A stretch of DNA of 61,684 bases from a virus (lineage: Duplodnaviria; Caudoviricetes): IMG/VR virus record IMGVR_UViG_3300044698_000167, positions 1-61,684 of that record; one strand, 5' to 3'. Below the pieces are notes generated by a model, which was given only the letters and a program-made list of their open reading frames with translations, was not told the origin of the DNA and did no database searches. Position numbers and translations under genes: made by a program. Every line of letters begins with the position of its first letter. Positions within the stretch are counted from its first letter, which is position 1. Positions 35,513 through 44,877 of the stretch are shown here, one piece after another.

Positions 35513-37278
35513 TACCGGACACTCCGGGTGACCCGGTAGTCCCGCACGTCCCGGTGCGGGGTCATGCCGCCGACCCGCAAGTGCCCGAAGGCGTTCAGCG
35601 TGCACTCGTACAGACCCGCAGTGCCCGGGTGCGCAGTCCGCTTCAGCTTCAGGGCGGCCTGCATGTACGGGCACGAGTAGGTGTGCCCGTCGCAGGCTTC
35701 GGGGTGCAGCAGCTCCCACCGGTCGGCCAGGGCGAACCGGACCGCATGCGGAGCCTGCGCCTGCCGGATCAGCCTGTCCGTACGCAGGGCAGCAGCCGCG
35801 GTCCCGTCATCGGGTCCGGGCGCCTCGCCCCCGGACGGGGGTCCGTTCTCCGTGGACGCGGGAAGATCCTCCTGCGCCGCTTCAGCGACACCGGGCGCCT
35901 GAGCAGACACGGGAATGACCGGCGCCAGGTCTTCGCCGATGAGCTGGGACAGGGCCGACGCAGCTCCAGAGGGGAGCGTCTTGATGATGACCTTCAGCCC
36001 CTGGTCCTTGAGGTCATCATCCGTGGGCTTGTCCGCTTCGGCGAAGCCGGCCTCCCGGCGCAGCGCCTCGCCGGACAGTTCCAGCCTGTCGTAGAGCCGG
36101 ACCGCGTCATCGGACTTGTCGGGGCGCATAGCCAGCTCGGACATGTCGTACCAGACCACGAACCGGGACACGTCCTCTTCCCCGGACGCGGCTAGACGCG
36201 GCTGGAGGTAACCCGTGGTGATCGCGTTCGCGATCAGTTCGGCGTCAGGGGCGATGGTCGTCTTCAACGCCCCCTCCTCGATTGCCCATTGCCCCCAGTG
36301 GTTGACCTCCCCCATACCGAGCAGGACTTCCGCGGGGATGTTGACCTGCGTGGCCAGGCGCTTGATCGCGCTGTCCCGCTTTTCGATGATCTTTTCGTCG
36401 ATCTTCAGTGTGAAATCAAGGTGCTTGACCTTGTCGACCCACTCACCCGGTACCCGGACGGGGATCGGGATCACCGCCGATGCGGTGCCCGGCTCCCGGA
36501 TCGCGGTAGCGGCCAGTTCGATCCACTCAGCCATGAACGGATCGTTCGCTTCGGCGAACTCCTCGCGCACCGGGAACATGACCTCATCTGGAAACAACAC
36601 CACGCCTGCCGACGCCAAGCGGGACAGGTACTGCGCCAGGATGTGCCGGTTGACCAGCTCCAGTTCCCGCATGGTGGACCTGGCCGACCGGGCAGAAGAG
36701 TCCGCCTGGTGGTACCAGCGCTTGTGCGGGCGGTGAATCCGGACCACGACCCCGTCGACCAGAGGGCGCCAGCTGTCCCCGTTGACTGCCGTTTCGTCTT
36801 TGACCTCGTACCGGCCGTGCCGGGCCCGGACCTCATCGATGGACCGCACGGTCCACTTCTCAGCCCCGTCCCGCATCTCTCCGACCAGGTACCCCTCGCC
36901 CGGGACCGCGAGCTGCACGGCCAGGCTGGCCATGATCTGCGTCTGGCCCGATACGCCACCCGCGAGGGTGTCCATGATCTCGACCGCGCGCCCGCCTTCG
37001 ACCCGGACCGGTTCGTCCTGGCCGGGGACCAGCTCGGCTGCGAACAGCCTGACACGGGACTGCATGGCGGACAGCCACGTGATCGAATAGTTGAACTCAC
37101 CCAGCGTGTCGTAATACCGCCAGACCTCGTCCTGCCACGTCTCCGTGGTGCGCAGCAAGGTCGACTGCGGGGACGCGACCGGCGTAGCGGCCGATGTCAG
37201 CGCCCGTTCGTACGCCGCGGACAGTGCCTCGCGCGGGACAGATGGCCGCTTCCCCAGGCCGAACGTCCACCACGACAT
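35512..37278 (-). CDS. Portal protein
   Basis: WQDEVWRYYD...SRLASAG...RLA....PAEVLLG....NHW; after TerL. Confidence 0.88.
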   Translation of the reverse strand: MSWWTFGLGKRPSVPREALSAAYERALTSAATPVASPQSTLLRTTETWQDEVWRYYDTLGEFNYSITWLSAMQSRVRLFAAELVPGQDEPVRVEGGRAVEIMDTLAGGVSGQTQIMASLAVQLAVPGEGYLVGEMRDGAEKWTVRSIDEVRARHGRYEVKDETAVNGDSWRPLVDGVVVRIHRPHKRWYHQADSSARSARSTMRELELVNRHILAQYLSRLASAGVVLFPDEVMFPVREEFAEANDPFMAEWIELAATAIREPGTASAVIPIPVRVPGEWVDKVKHLDFTLKIDEKIIEKRDSAIKRLATQVNIPAEVLLGMGEVNHWGQWAIEEGALKTTIAPDAELIANAITTGYLQPRLAASGEEDVSRFVVWYDMSELAMRPDKSDDAVRLYDRLELSGEALRREAGFAEADKPTDDDLKDQGLKVIIKTLPSGAASALSQLIGEDLAPVIPVSAQAPGVAEAAQEDLPASTENGPPSGGEAPGPDDGTAAAALRTDRLIRQAQAPHAVRFALADRWELLHPEACDGHTYSCPYMQAALKLKRTAHPGTAGLYECTLNAFGHLRVGGMTPHRDVRDYRVTRSVR

Positions 37279-37339
37279 ACGACCTCCAGATCAGTTCCTG
37301 TACGTAACTGTAGCCACAGGCCGGGGGACGGACGCCGCC

Positions 37340-37738
37340 TCACCAGTCGCGCTGTGCCAGCAACGCTCCCAGCGCCCAAGCAGACAGCCAGTACAGAACC
37401 GGTACCGGGAGCCCGGCCGCGGCCCACGTTCCGGCCACAGTCGCTGCGGAGATCCATCCCGACACGCACCAGGGACAGCCCATCAGCTCGGCAAAGAAGA
37501 GCGGGACCCACCCCTTGCGTGCCAGGTACCTGTGCGGCTCTCCGTCGATCTGCTGAATAGCCGGGGCCGAGGACGGGTCGCTCCTGTGGTCCGCCCTCTC
37601 TGCCAGTGTCAGCGGGCGCCACCCGCCCACGACCCGGTCGCGCAGCCACAGCACCGGGGGGAAGTCGAAGTCCACGATCAGCTTGGTCAGGATGAATGTC
37701 GACAGCGACAGAGAAGCCAGCAGGAACCAGGGGCTCAA
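37340..37738 (-). CDS. DUF1360-like membrane protein
   Basis: LTKLIVDFD...ELMGCPWCVSGW. Confidence 0.7.
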   Translation of the reverse strand: MSPWFLLASLSLSTFILTKLIVDFDFPPVLWLRDRVVGGWRPLTLAERADHRSDPSSAPAIQQIDGEPHRYLARKGWVPLFFAELMGCPWCVSGWISAATVAGTWAAAGLPVPVLYWLSAWALGALLAQRDW

Positions 37739-38028
37739 GAGCTTGTCTCTGTCTCCGGTGTCTCCCGCACGGACTGCGCCCGGTTCCGGGGGTACACGGG
37801 CTGCCGGGCGAACCCGAGCAGCCAGCCCCAGCGCCGACCCGCGTGCTGTTCGAGGAGTCGGCCCATGGCGTGGTAGGCAGCTCCGAAGGCCAGGACCAGG
37901 AGTGCCTCAAGCGTCGCGGCGTCGATGTCCAGCCCGTACGCCGCGGCCCGTGCCACGCCGAAGCCGACCAGGTACGGGACGAAGGTGCGCCACAGGGACA
38001 GCAGCATGGTGTATCGGGTATCACTCAC
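37735..38028 (-). CDS. Holin-like membrane protein
   Basis: SLWRTFVP...YHAMGRLLE...GWLLG...PVY; 2 TM. Confidence 0.6.
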   Translation of the reverse strand: MSDTRYTMLLSLWRTFVPYLVGFGVARAAAYGLDIDAATLEALLVLAFGAAYHAMGRLLEQHAGRRWGWLLGFARQPVYPRNRAQSVRETPETETSS

Positions 38029-38056
38029 GGGTTCCTCTTCCGGTTCGGCTGGACGA

Positions 38057-39424
38057 TCACCGTACCCGCTGTCCGCCGATGTTCTGTCCGGCCGCAGCCC
38101 CGCCGAACGCGCCGACCCCGGAGCCCCCGGCCCGAACTAGTTTCATATGCCATGCAGTCCATACCGCGCTGTCGACACGGTCCGGTGACCAGCCGATCTC
38201 CGGGTGCCAGACGCACATCTGCGACTCCAGTTCCGGGAACACCCCCGCGTGGTGCCAGCGGCCCTGCGCCGTGAGCGCACTTACAGGCTGCGCCCGCACC
38301 GCCTTGCCCCGGGTCGCGGTGACGGTACGGATCGGGATGCTGACCCCGAGGGCGTCCGCCGCGGTGCGCAGCGTGGCCAAGGCCATGGCCCCTCCGTAGT
38401 TGATCTCCACCGCCATGTCATCGGCTTCCCAGTCGATCGCGGCCTGTACCGCGCGTCGGCCCCAGCCGTCCGGGGGAAGATGACAGGTCCGGTCATCGAG
38501 CACGTACCCATGGGCCTGCGGGCGCCCCCCGTCCCCTGGGATCACGAGCCCGGACTTCCCCGCCACCACGATGCCCTGTTCCCCGGCACCGCCGGATGGG
38601 TCCACGCCCACCGTGATCCGCACCAGGTCCGGGACCGCGTCCGGCTTCACCCGGGCCGCGTCGATCATCGCCCGGGTCCACAAGGCGTTCTCGTCCTCTT
38701 CGAGGATGTGACCGAGCAGCTCCTGCGACCCGAGCTGTGTCCCGGCGTAGGTCTCCTCCAGCGCGTCCTTGATCGACTGCGGCAGATGCGGGTTGTCGTA
38801 GGTGGTGACGCCCGAGGTCAGCACCACGTTCCGGACCAGTCCCCCAGCGAGCTTCTTGATCAGCGGCTTCGGCTTCGGTGTCGTGGACCCGACCCAGTGC
38901 GGCCGTGGACCGGCGCGCAAGCCGAACCGCATATGGTCCCAGCAGTCGTCCAGATGGCGCCACGCCGCGATCTCCTCGGCCCAGACCGCGCACCTGTTCG
39001 ATCCAGCACGCAGCCGTTCCACGTCATCGGGGGTGTGCGCGCCGAACAGCTTCGCCTCAGCGCCGTTCGACCACTTCACCGACAGGCCGCCCGGGCCGTT
39101 CACCAGGCGCGCCGTGGGGTCGTGCGCCTTGATCCCGGACGGACCGTTGACGCACGACGTGACCGCGTCGCCAAGGGTGGGGCCGATGATGCCGACCCAG
39201 TGCGGGACCGGACCCGGCAGGCAGGGCGGACCGTTGACATGCTGGGTGATGTAGTTCGCGCACGCGTCCGTCTTGCCAGCTCCACGGCCTGCCAGTAGCA
39301 GCCACCCGTACCAGTCACCGGGGGGAGGAATCTGGTGTGGCAGCGGACTCCACTCCGGGGACGCGAACCGGGCAGCCAGGGCTGCGGCTGCCGCTCGCCC
39401 CACTGCTGCCCGGTCACTGGTCAC
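38057..39424 (-). CDS. terL: Terminase large subunit
   Basis: LAGRGAGKT Walker A; WAEE; TTP; VGVDP nuclease motif; SPDRVDS. Confidence 0.93.
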   Translation of the reverse strand: MTSDRAAVGRAAAAALAARFASPEWSPLPHQIPPPGDWYGWLLLAGRGAGKTDACANYITQHVNGPPCLPGPVPHWVGIIGPTLGDAVTSCVNGPSGIKAHDPTARLVNGPGGLSVKWSNGAEAKLFGAHTPDDVERLRAGSNRCAVWAEEIAAWRHLDDCWDHMRFGLRAGPRPHWVGSTTPKPKPLIKKLAGGLVRNVVLTSGVTTYDNPHLPQSIKDALEETYAGTQLGSQELLGHILEEDENALWTRAMIDAARVKPDAVPDLVRITVGVDPSGGAGEQGIVVAGKSGLVIPGDGGRPQAHGYVLDDRTCHLPPDGWGRRAVQAAIDWEADDMAVEINYGGAMALATLRTAADALGVSIPIRTVTATRGKAVRAQPVSALTAQGRWHHAGVFPELESQMCVWHPEIGWSPDRVDSAVWTAWHMKLVRAGGSGVGAFGGAAAGQNIGGQRVR

Positions 39425-39504
39425 GGGATTGAGTGTGCCGTGCTCAGCGGCGTTGTTCTGCCCGGCGCAGCTAGTCTGCGTCCGCCTTGGCCCGGTTCAG
39501 CTGA

Positions 39505-40077
39505 TCACCAGCGGTCACCCCGCCCAGACGTGTTCTCCCCATGCCAGTTCCACACCCACGTACGGCGGTTCAGGTGGTGGAAGTCGGCGCCTGCCTCGAC
39601 CAGCTTCAGCCAGCAACCCCAGTCATCACACGGATTGTCCGGCGGACCCTTGGGCTGGAACCCGCCAGCGGCACGGATCAGCGCGGTGCGCGCGAGCACG
39701 GTGGTGGGGATGTAGTTGCGCACGTGTAGTTCGTCGGGGTCGAACGGGCGCCCCTTCGCCGCGAGGGGGTCCCAACCACCCGGCACGATGAACCACGGGT
39801 AGATCACGTCCGCCCCTGATTCGTCGGCCGCCTCCAGCAGAGCGCCGACGTGCTCTGGAAGCCACTCGTCATCGTCGTCCAGGAAGGCAGCCCATTCGGT
39901 CTGGACTGCGGCCAGCGCCCGGTTGCGAGTGGCTGCCGCGCCTTCATGGTCGTGGTCGACAGCCACGCTGATGGCGTCGACGGGCCGGGTCTGGTGGATC
40001 ACGCTACGAAGAGCGCGCTCAAGGTAGTACTCACGGGGCGGGATGGTGGGGATGACTGCTGTCACACCGTGACGCAT
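39505..40077 (-). CDS. Glycosyltransferase family 2
   Basis: VIPT...GAAATRNRAL...AFLDDDD...DDW. Confidence 0.85.
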   Translation of the reverse strand: MRHGVTAVIPTIPPREYYLERALRSVIHQTRPVDAISVAVDHDHEGAAATRNRALAAVQTEWAAFLDDDDEWLPEHVGALLEAADESGADVIYPWFIVPGGWDPLAAKGRPFDPDELHVRNYIPTTVLARTALIRAAGGFQPKGPPDNPCDDWGCWLKLVEAGADFHHLNRRTWVWNWHGENTSGRGDRW

Positions 40078-40256
40078 CACGCAGCCCCCCGCTCTTCGAT
40101 CCGCACCAGCGACTCAGACTTGATTGAAAACACAGGCCGCGTCCCGACCCGGAAGACGATCAGGTCGCCATCCCGTGCGTACCCATCAGCGGTCAAGTGC
40201 TGAATCCGCGTGTCCCGCTTGTCTGCGGGTGGGGTGTAGTACACCGCGTAGTTCAT
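40077..40256 (-). CDS. Small hypothetical protein
   Basis: ggcggaggaacgATG with upstream AT-rich element. Confidence 0.55.
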   Translation of the reverse strand: MNYAVYYTPPADKRDTRIQHLTADGYARDGDLIVFRVGTRPVFSIKSESLVRIEERGAA

Positions 40257-40361
40257 CGTTCCTCCGCCGCTCAGTCGTTTAGCTAAAGCGTACCAGCGGC
40301 GCCCGGCGCAGCTAGTCTGGCGCTGGACCTGTACCAGCTCGCGGACGGCAGGTGAGGCGAG

Positions 40362-40583
40362 ATGTGGACCGACGTGGTGTGGGGTGCCCTGACCGCAGGC
40401 ATGGTGCTATTGCTGGGGACGGGGGCGGTGCTGGAAGTGCGGGCACTGCTCTCGCGGCGGCAGGGCGACACGTACTCGGAGTGGCTGCGCCCACAGGCGA
40501 AGCGGCACCCGGGACTGCTCCTCGCCGTTGTGGGTGTGCTGCTGGGCCTGCTGGCCTGGCTGCCGGAACACATCCTGGGCTGA
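40362..40583 (+). CDS. Small 2-TM membrane protein
   Basis: Two hydrophobic helices around GDTYSEWLR. Confidence 0.6.
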   Translation: MWTDVVWGALTAGMVLLLGTGAVLEVRALLSRRQGDTYSEWLRPQAKRHPGLLLAVVGVLLGLLAWLPEHILG

Positions 40584-40616
40584 CGCCCGGGATGGACGAG
40601 AAAGAAGAGGTTCCAG

Positions 40617-40817
40617 ATGAAGAAGACCTTCGCGGTGCTCGGGCTCATGACGATGGCGCTGGCGGGCACCGCTGGCGTGGCTGTGGCGGACCAGGCTGCG
40701 CCCGGCGAGTGGACCTGCCAGACCCCCTCGGGCAATGAAGTCCAGGGCGAGTGCAACGGCGCGGCGCTGGTAGTCGTCAACCCGGGCGGCCAGGTTCCTC
40801 CCGGCCAGAACAAGTAA
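40617..40817 (+). CDS. Small secreted peptide
   Basis: Sec signal MKKTFAVLGLMTMALAGTAGVAVA; two Cys. Confidence 0.65.
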   Translation: MKKTFAVLGLMTMALAGTAGVAVADQAAPGEWTCQTPSGNEVQGECNGAALVVVNPGGQVPPGQNK

Positions 40818-41027
40818 CACAGCGCTGCTGCGCCCCCGGTCGTGGCCACTGACGGGAGCCCATGCGGCTGCCTCGCCCTGCCCGCGGTCATCGGCTTCCT
40901 CGCCTTGATCGCGGTGCTGTTCGGGTCCGCCGCGCTGTGGGACCTGTACGGTGTCTGAACCAGCTGACCCCCGCTGCCGGTACCAGCCCTGGACAGGTCG
41001 AGACCGGCAGCGGGGGTCAGCTGGCGT

Positions 41028-41645
41028 TCAACGGCGCTTCTGCCGCACCCGCTTCCGGGCCGCGTACCCGGTCAACTGCTGCTGCGCCCCGGCGTCCCCG
41101 TGCCCCGGCCGCCCGCTGCTATTCGCGCCATGATGGTTCCAGGTCCATGAACGGCGGGGCAGGTGGACGATCTGCGCCCCGGCCGCAACGCATCTCTTGG
41201 TGAACCGGAAGTCCTCCCCGTACACGCCCTCGAACCCCACCTGACGGGCGAGACCGGTACGGACCAGGATCGTGATCGTGGTCGAATGCGGGGCGTCATC
41301 GTCCCACGGCTTGCCGAAGAAAGCCGGGAACGGATCGTGGCCGCCGACCACCCGGAACCAGGGGTAGACGTAGTCCGCCCCCGTGTCCCCGGCGCAGCGG
41401 ACCAGATGCTCTATGTGGTCCGGGTCCATCTCGTCGTCGGAGTCGAGGAACGCGGTCCACTCCGTCTCCACCATGGAGATCCCGCACTGCCGCGTCACCG
41501 CCGCCCCCATGCCGTGCACGTCCCGGGCGAGGATCAGCTGCGTGGGGTGCGTCTGCGCCCGGACCGAGGACGCAGCCCGGTCCAGCATCCCGTTCCGCTC
41601 CCGTGCCGGATGGAAGGGCACGACGCAGGTGACCCCGGGTCTCAA
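41028..41645 (-). CDS. Glycosyltransferase family 2
   Basis: WTAFLDSDD...GED; paralog of 39505..40077. Confidence 0.85.
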   Translation of the reverse strand: MRPGVTCVVPFHPARERNGMLDRAASSVRAQTHPTQLILARDVHGMGAAVTRQCGISMVETEWTAFLDSDDEMDPDHIEHLVRCAGDTGADYVYPWFRVVGGHDPFPAFFGKPWDDDAPHSTTITILVRTGLARQVGFEGVYGEDFRFTKRCVAAGAQIVHLPRRSWTWNHHGANSSGRPGHGDAGAQQQLTGYAARKRVRQKRR

Positions 41646-42079
41646 CGCGGCGTACCCCTCCACAGGATTTCGTTGTCCCCTTGAATCAGCAGCTCCCGCG
41701 TGGACCAGGGGCGGATGCCGTAGTCCGCGTTCGCGGCGAACGAACCGTCAAAGTAGTGGAAGCTGGCCAGGCACCAGAACGAGACATGCGTCGGGTCGGC
41801 GAAGGCGTGCCACGTCCCCGACAGGGCGTTCGGCACCCGGACCTCGAACACTGCTCCCGGGCGCAGCACGCGGTGCGCCTCGTTCATCACGTCGATGCGC
41901 GGCTGCCCGGCAGGGATGTGCTCCATCACGTGGCTGGCCCGGATCGCGTCCACGCTGCGGTCCGCAGTCGGCCAGGGCACGTCCTGCGCGTACCGGCGCC
42001 ACGAGCCTTCCCCGTTGCGGAAGTCCAGGTTCGTCCAGCCCGGCTGGACCAGGTGGCCGCCACCTATCTCGATCTTCAA
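41642..42079 (-). CDS. Class I SAM-dependent methyltransferase
   Basis: IEIGGG...ASHVMEHI...HRVLRPG...DPTH. Confidence 0.85.
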   Translation of the reverse strand: MKIEIGGGHLVQPGWTNLDFRNGEGSWRRYAQDVPWPTADRSVDAIRASHVMEHIPAGQPRIDVMNEAHRVLRPGAVFEVRVPNALSGTWHAFADPTHVSFWCLASFHYFDGSFAANADYGIRPWSTRELLIQGDNEILWRGTPR

Positions 42080-42741
42080 TGGTTCGCACTCCCCTCGTAC
42101 CGCACCCAGTCGTTCGCGAAGTGCGTCCCCGGGAACGATGCCGGGCGCAGCCCTGCGGCACGCAATGCCACGGGCTCCGACACCTGGTCCTGGAACGTGT
42201 GCTTGTCAATCAGGTAGTTCCAGTGGTTCTCGAACACGCTGACCCGGTCATCATCATGCCGCCGGGCGATCACACCCGTGGCCCATAGGCCCCAGTTCTC
42301 CGGGTGACGCTCCTCGCGAGCGGCCTTCACCTGTGCGGCGAAGTCCTCCCCCGTGTATTTGACCCGGTCAACGGATGCCTCAGCCTCCGTGTACACGCAG
42401 TCCCGCCACGGGTGGACGAACTGAGCGATCGGGTCGGCCAGCGCCAGAGCCTCCGTGACGAAACCGGGGGACGTGACCCGGAACGAGGCGTCCACCCACA
42501 CGGAGCGGTCCGCGTCCGTGAACTCCCACGGGAACAGCTTCGGCACTTTGGCAGCCCTGTTCGGATGCGTCCCCGGGCGCGGCAGGTGGACCACCCGCCA
42601 GCCCAGCGCCCCGTTCCTGATCGACGCGTCATCTGTGACCAGCACCCAGTCCACTTCGGCGCCGTTCTGCGGCAGGACGGGCTTCAGCGTGTCGTACCCG
42701 CCGTAGATCGCCGACACTACGGCTGCCTGCGGGCGGGTCAA
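42076..42741 (-). CDS. DUF616-like glycosyltransferase
   Basis: SAIYGGYD...K.PKL...SVWVDAS...HPWRDCVYTEA...DQVS. Confidence 0.8.
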   Translation of the reverse strand: MTRPQAAVVSAIYGGYDTLKPVLPQNGAEVDWVLVTDDASIRNGALGWRVVHLPRPGTHPNRAAKVPKLFPWEFTDADRSVWVDASFRVTSPGFVTEALALADPIAQFVHPWRDCVYTEAEASVDRVKYTGEDFAAQVKAAREERHPENWGLWATGVIARRHDDDRVSVFENHWNYLIDKHTFQDQVSEPVALRAAGLRPASFPGTHFANDWVRYEGSANH

Positions 42742-43412
42742 CGGTGCGCCTCGTACTGCACCCAGTCGTTCGCGAAGTGCGTCCCCGGCAGAGCCAACGG
42801 ACGCAGCCCGGCCAGGCGCAGCGCGCACGGCTGCGAGATCTGGTCCCGGTGCGACCACATGCCCACCGACTGCGACCAGAGATCACCCAGGCGCCTCACA
42901 GCTTCCGTGTGCCGACGCACGATGACGCCCGTCGCCCACAGACCCCAGTGCACCGGGTGTCCGCCGCGCCGGTATGCCTCGGTCTGCTGCTGCACGGTCT
43001 CCGCATCGTCCATGCCCAGCGCCAGGACAGTCTTCGCTTCGTCGTACAGGCAGTCGCGGTCCGGGTGCCTGAACTGGGCGATGTCCTGGGCCGGGAGGTG
43101 GTCGATGAGGTGATCCGTCATCTGCGCCACAGCCCATTGCGACGTCACCCGGAACGAGGCGTCCAGCCACACAGACATGCCCGCGTCTGTGTACTCCCAC
43201 GGGCGCAGCTTGGGGAGCTTGGCCGCACGGCGCCGGGACATCTCCCGCTTCGGGTCGAAGACCACGCGCCAGCCGCTGGCCAGCTCCGGGTCCGGTTCAC
43301 GGTCTGTGACCAGCACCCACTCCGTGAACGGGCGCGTCTGGGTGACCACCGGTTTCAGCGTGTCGTACTCGCCGTAGACCGATGTGATCACGGCGATCTG
43401 GGGGTGGTTCAC
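42738..43412 (-). CDS. DUF616-like glycosyltransferase (tandem paralog)
   Basis: TSVYGEYD...SVWLDAS...HPDRDCLYDEA...RDQIS. Confidence 0.8.
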   Translation of the reverse strand: MNHPQIAVITSVYGEYDTLKPVVTQTRPFTEWVLVTDREPDPELASGWRVVFDPKREMSRRRAAKLPKLRPWEYTDAGMSVWLDASFRVTSQWAVAQMTDHLIDHLPAQDIAQFRHPDRDCLYDEAKTVLALGMDDAETVQQQTEAYRRGGHPVHWGLWATGVIVRRHTEAVRRLGDLWSQSVGMWSHRDQISQPCALRLAGLRPLALPGTHFANDWVQYEAHR

Positions 43413-44215
43413 CGGTACCACCGGACCGTCTCCGCTACCCGGCTCCAGTCCAGTGCCGGGCGCCAGTCCAACCGGTCCCAGCCCTCCCCCTCGGCAGCGA
43501 TGCGCACCGGAACCTCGCCGGGGCGCATGGGCAGGTACTCGATACCGGCTCTGCTCCCGGTGATCTCCAGTACCTCCCCCGCCAGCTGGTTCACCGTGAC
43601 GGGGATACCGGTCCCGGCATCGAACACCGCATCGTCCCCGTGGGCTGTGGCCTCGACCAGCATCCGGCCCACGTCATCGGCGTGCACCAGGTCGATGGTC
43701 TGTTCCCCGTCGCCCCACACAGGGATGGGCCTCCCCGCCCACGCCTCTGTGGCGAAGGTGGGGAGGATCTTCTGCGGGTGGCCGGGGCCGTGCGCCTGGT
43801 GCGGACCGTAGGCGTTGAACGCCCTGACGTGACTCACAGGCACGTCGTACGCCAGGTGCCACGCTGTGGCCAGTCGCTGGGCGCAGATCTTCGTCGCGGT
43901 GTACACGCTCGGGAACACGTGCGGCATGGTGATGCCCACGTAGCGGACGCTGTAGTCCCGGCACCATTCAAGGATGCGGAGCGTGCCCTTGACGTTCACA
44001 TCCACGGCCGCTTCCGCGTCATCGAACAGCTCCGCCGTGCCGAGCATCCCGGCCAGGTGGACCACTGCGTCAGCGTCCACCAGAGCGGACAGGTTACCGA
44101 GGACATCGTTCCCGTCGTGGCGGTCGAAGGACCACACGTCGTGGCCAGCATTCTCCGCTGCCAGCACCGCGGCCCGGCCTATGAAGCCCTGACCGCCAGT
44201 GATCGCTATGCGCAT
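43409..44215 (-). CDS. NAD-dependent epimerase/dehydratase
   Basis: TGGQGFIG; YTATK; FNAYGP. Confidence 0.9.
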   Translation of the reverse strand: MRIAITGGQGFIGRAAVLAAENAGHDVWSFDRHDGNDVLGNLSALVDADAVVHLAGMLGTAELFDDAEAAVDVNVKGTLRILEWCRDYSVRYVGITMPHVFPSVYTATKICAQRLATAWHLAYDVPVSHVRAFNAYGPHQAHGPGHPQKILPTFATEAWAGRPIPVWGDGEQTIDLVHADDVGRMLVEATAHGDDAVFDAGTGIPVTVNQLAGEVLEITGSRAGIEYLPMRPGEVPVRIAAEGEGWDRLDWRPALDWSRVAETVRWYR

Positions 44216-44232
44216 GCGCTGCTGCTCCTTCT

Positions 44233-44877
44233 TCACCATGCCGGCCGACCCCACTTCTTCACGAACAAATTCATGTCGCGGCCGGCCTGTTCGTTCAGTC
44301 CCTGGTTCGCCACGGTGTACCCGTTGGGGTACAGGTGCGTGTGCTCGACCCCGGGAACGATGACGCTGCCGCCGCTGGCACGGGCGGTGTAATCGATCGC
44401 ATTGTCGCCGCACCACCACACCAGTTCCTCATCCGCGCGCAGGCCCCCCTCGCCCCGCAGGGCGAAGCACCAGCCCGTGATCCTGTCCGGGCCCGGTTCC
44501 GTGAGCAGCCGCATCGCCCGGCCGCAGAACGCCAGCTGCGCCCCGTCGTACCGGCGCAACCCGTCGGTGAGGACCTTGACCGAGCCGGGGTGCATGACCG
44601 TGTCATCGTTCAAGATCAGGGTGTTCCACCCGGGGGCGCCGCTGGATCCGGCCAGGGACGCCACCGCGTCCAGCCCGGTGTTCCACCAGCGGGAGATGTT
44701 CCGGTCCGCTCCCGCGTCCCGCACGACGGCCACGGAGTCGGCGTCCAGCCCGGTGTACCCGCCGTTGACCACCAGGACGATCCCGTCCACCTGGCCCCGC
44801 ACAGCGGCAAGGCAGTCGTGCAGGCACGGGCGCCCCTCGGAGGGGATCACGGCGTACGTGGGGATGCGGCCGGTCAA
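44233..44877 (-). CDS. Glycosyltransferase (GT-A)
   Basis: NISRWWNTG...ILNDD...GWCF...WWCGDN. Confidence 0.8.
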   Translation of the reverse strand: MTGRIPTYAVIPSEGRPCLHDCLAAVRGQVDGIVLVVNGGYTGLDADSVAVVRDAGADRNISRWWNTGLDAVASLAGSSGAPGWNTLILNDDTVMHPGSVKVLTDGLRRYDGAQLAFCGRAMRLLTEPGPDRITGWCFALRGEGGLRADEELVWWCGDNAIDYTARASGGSVIVPGVEHTHLYPNGYTVANQGLNEQAGRDMNLFVKKWGRPAW

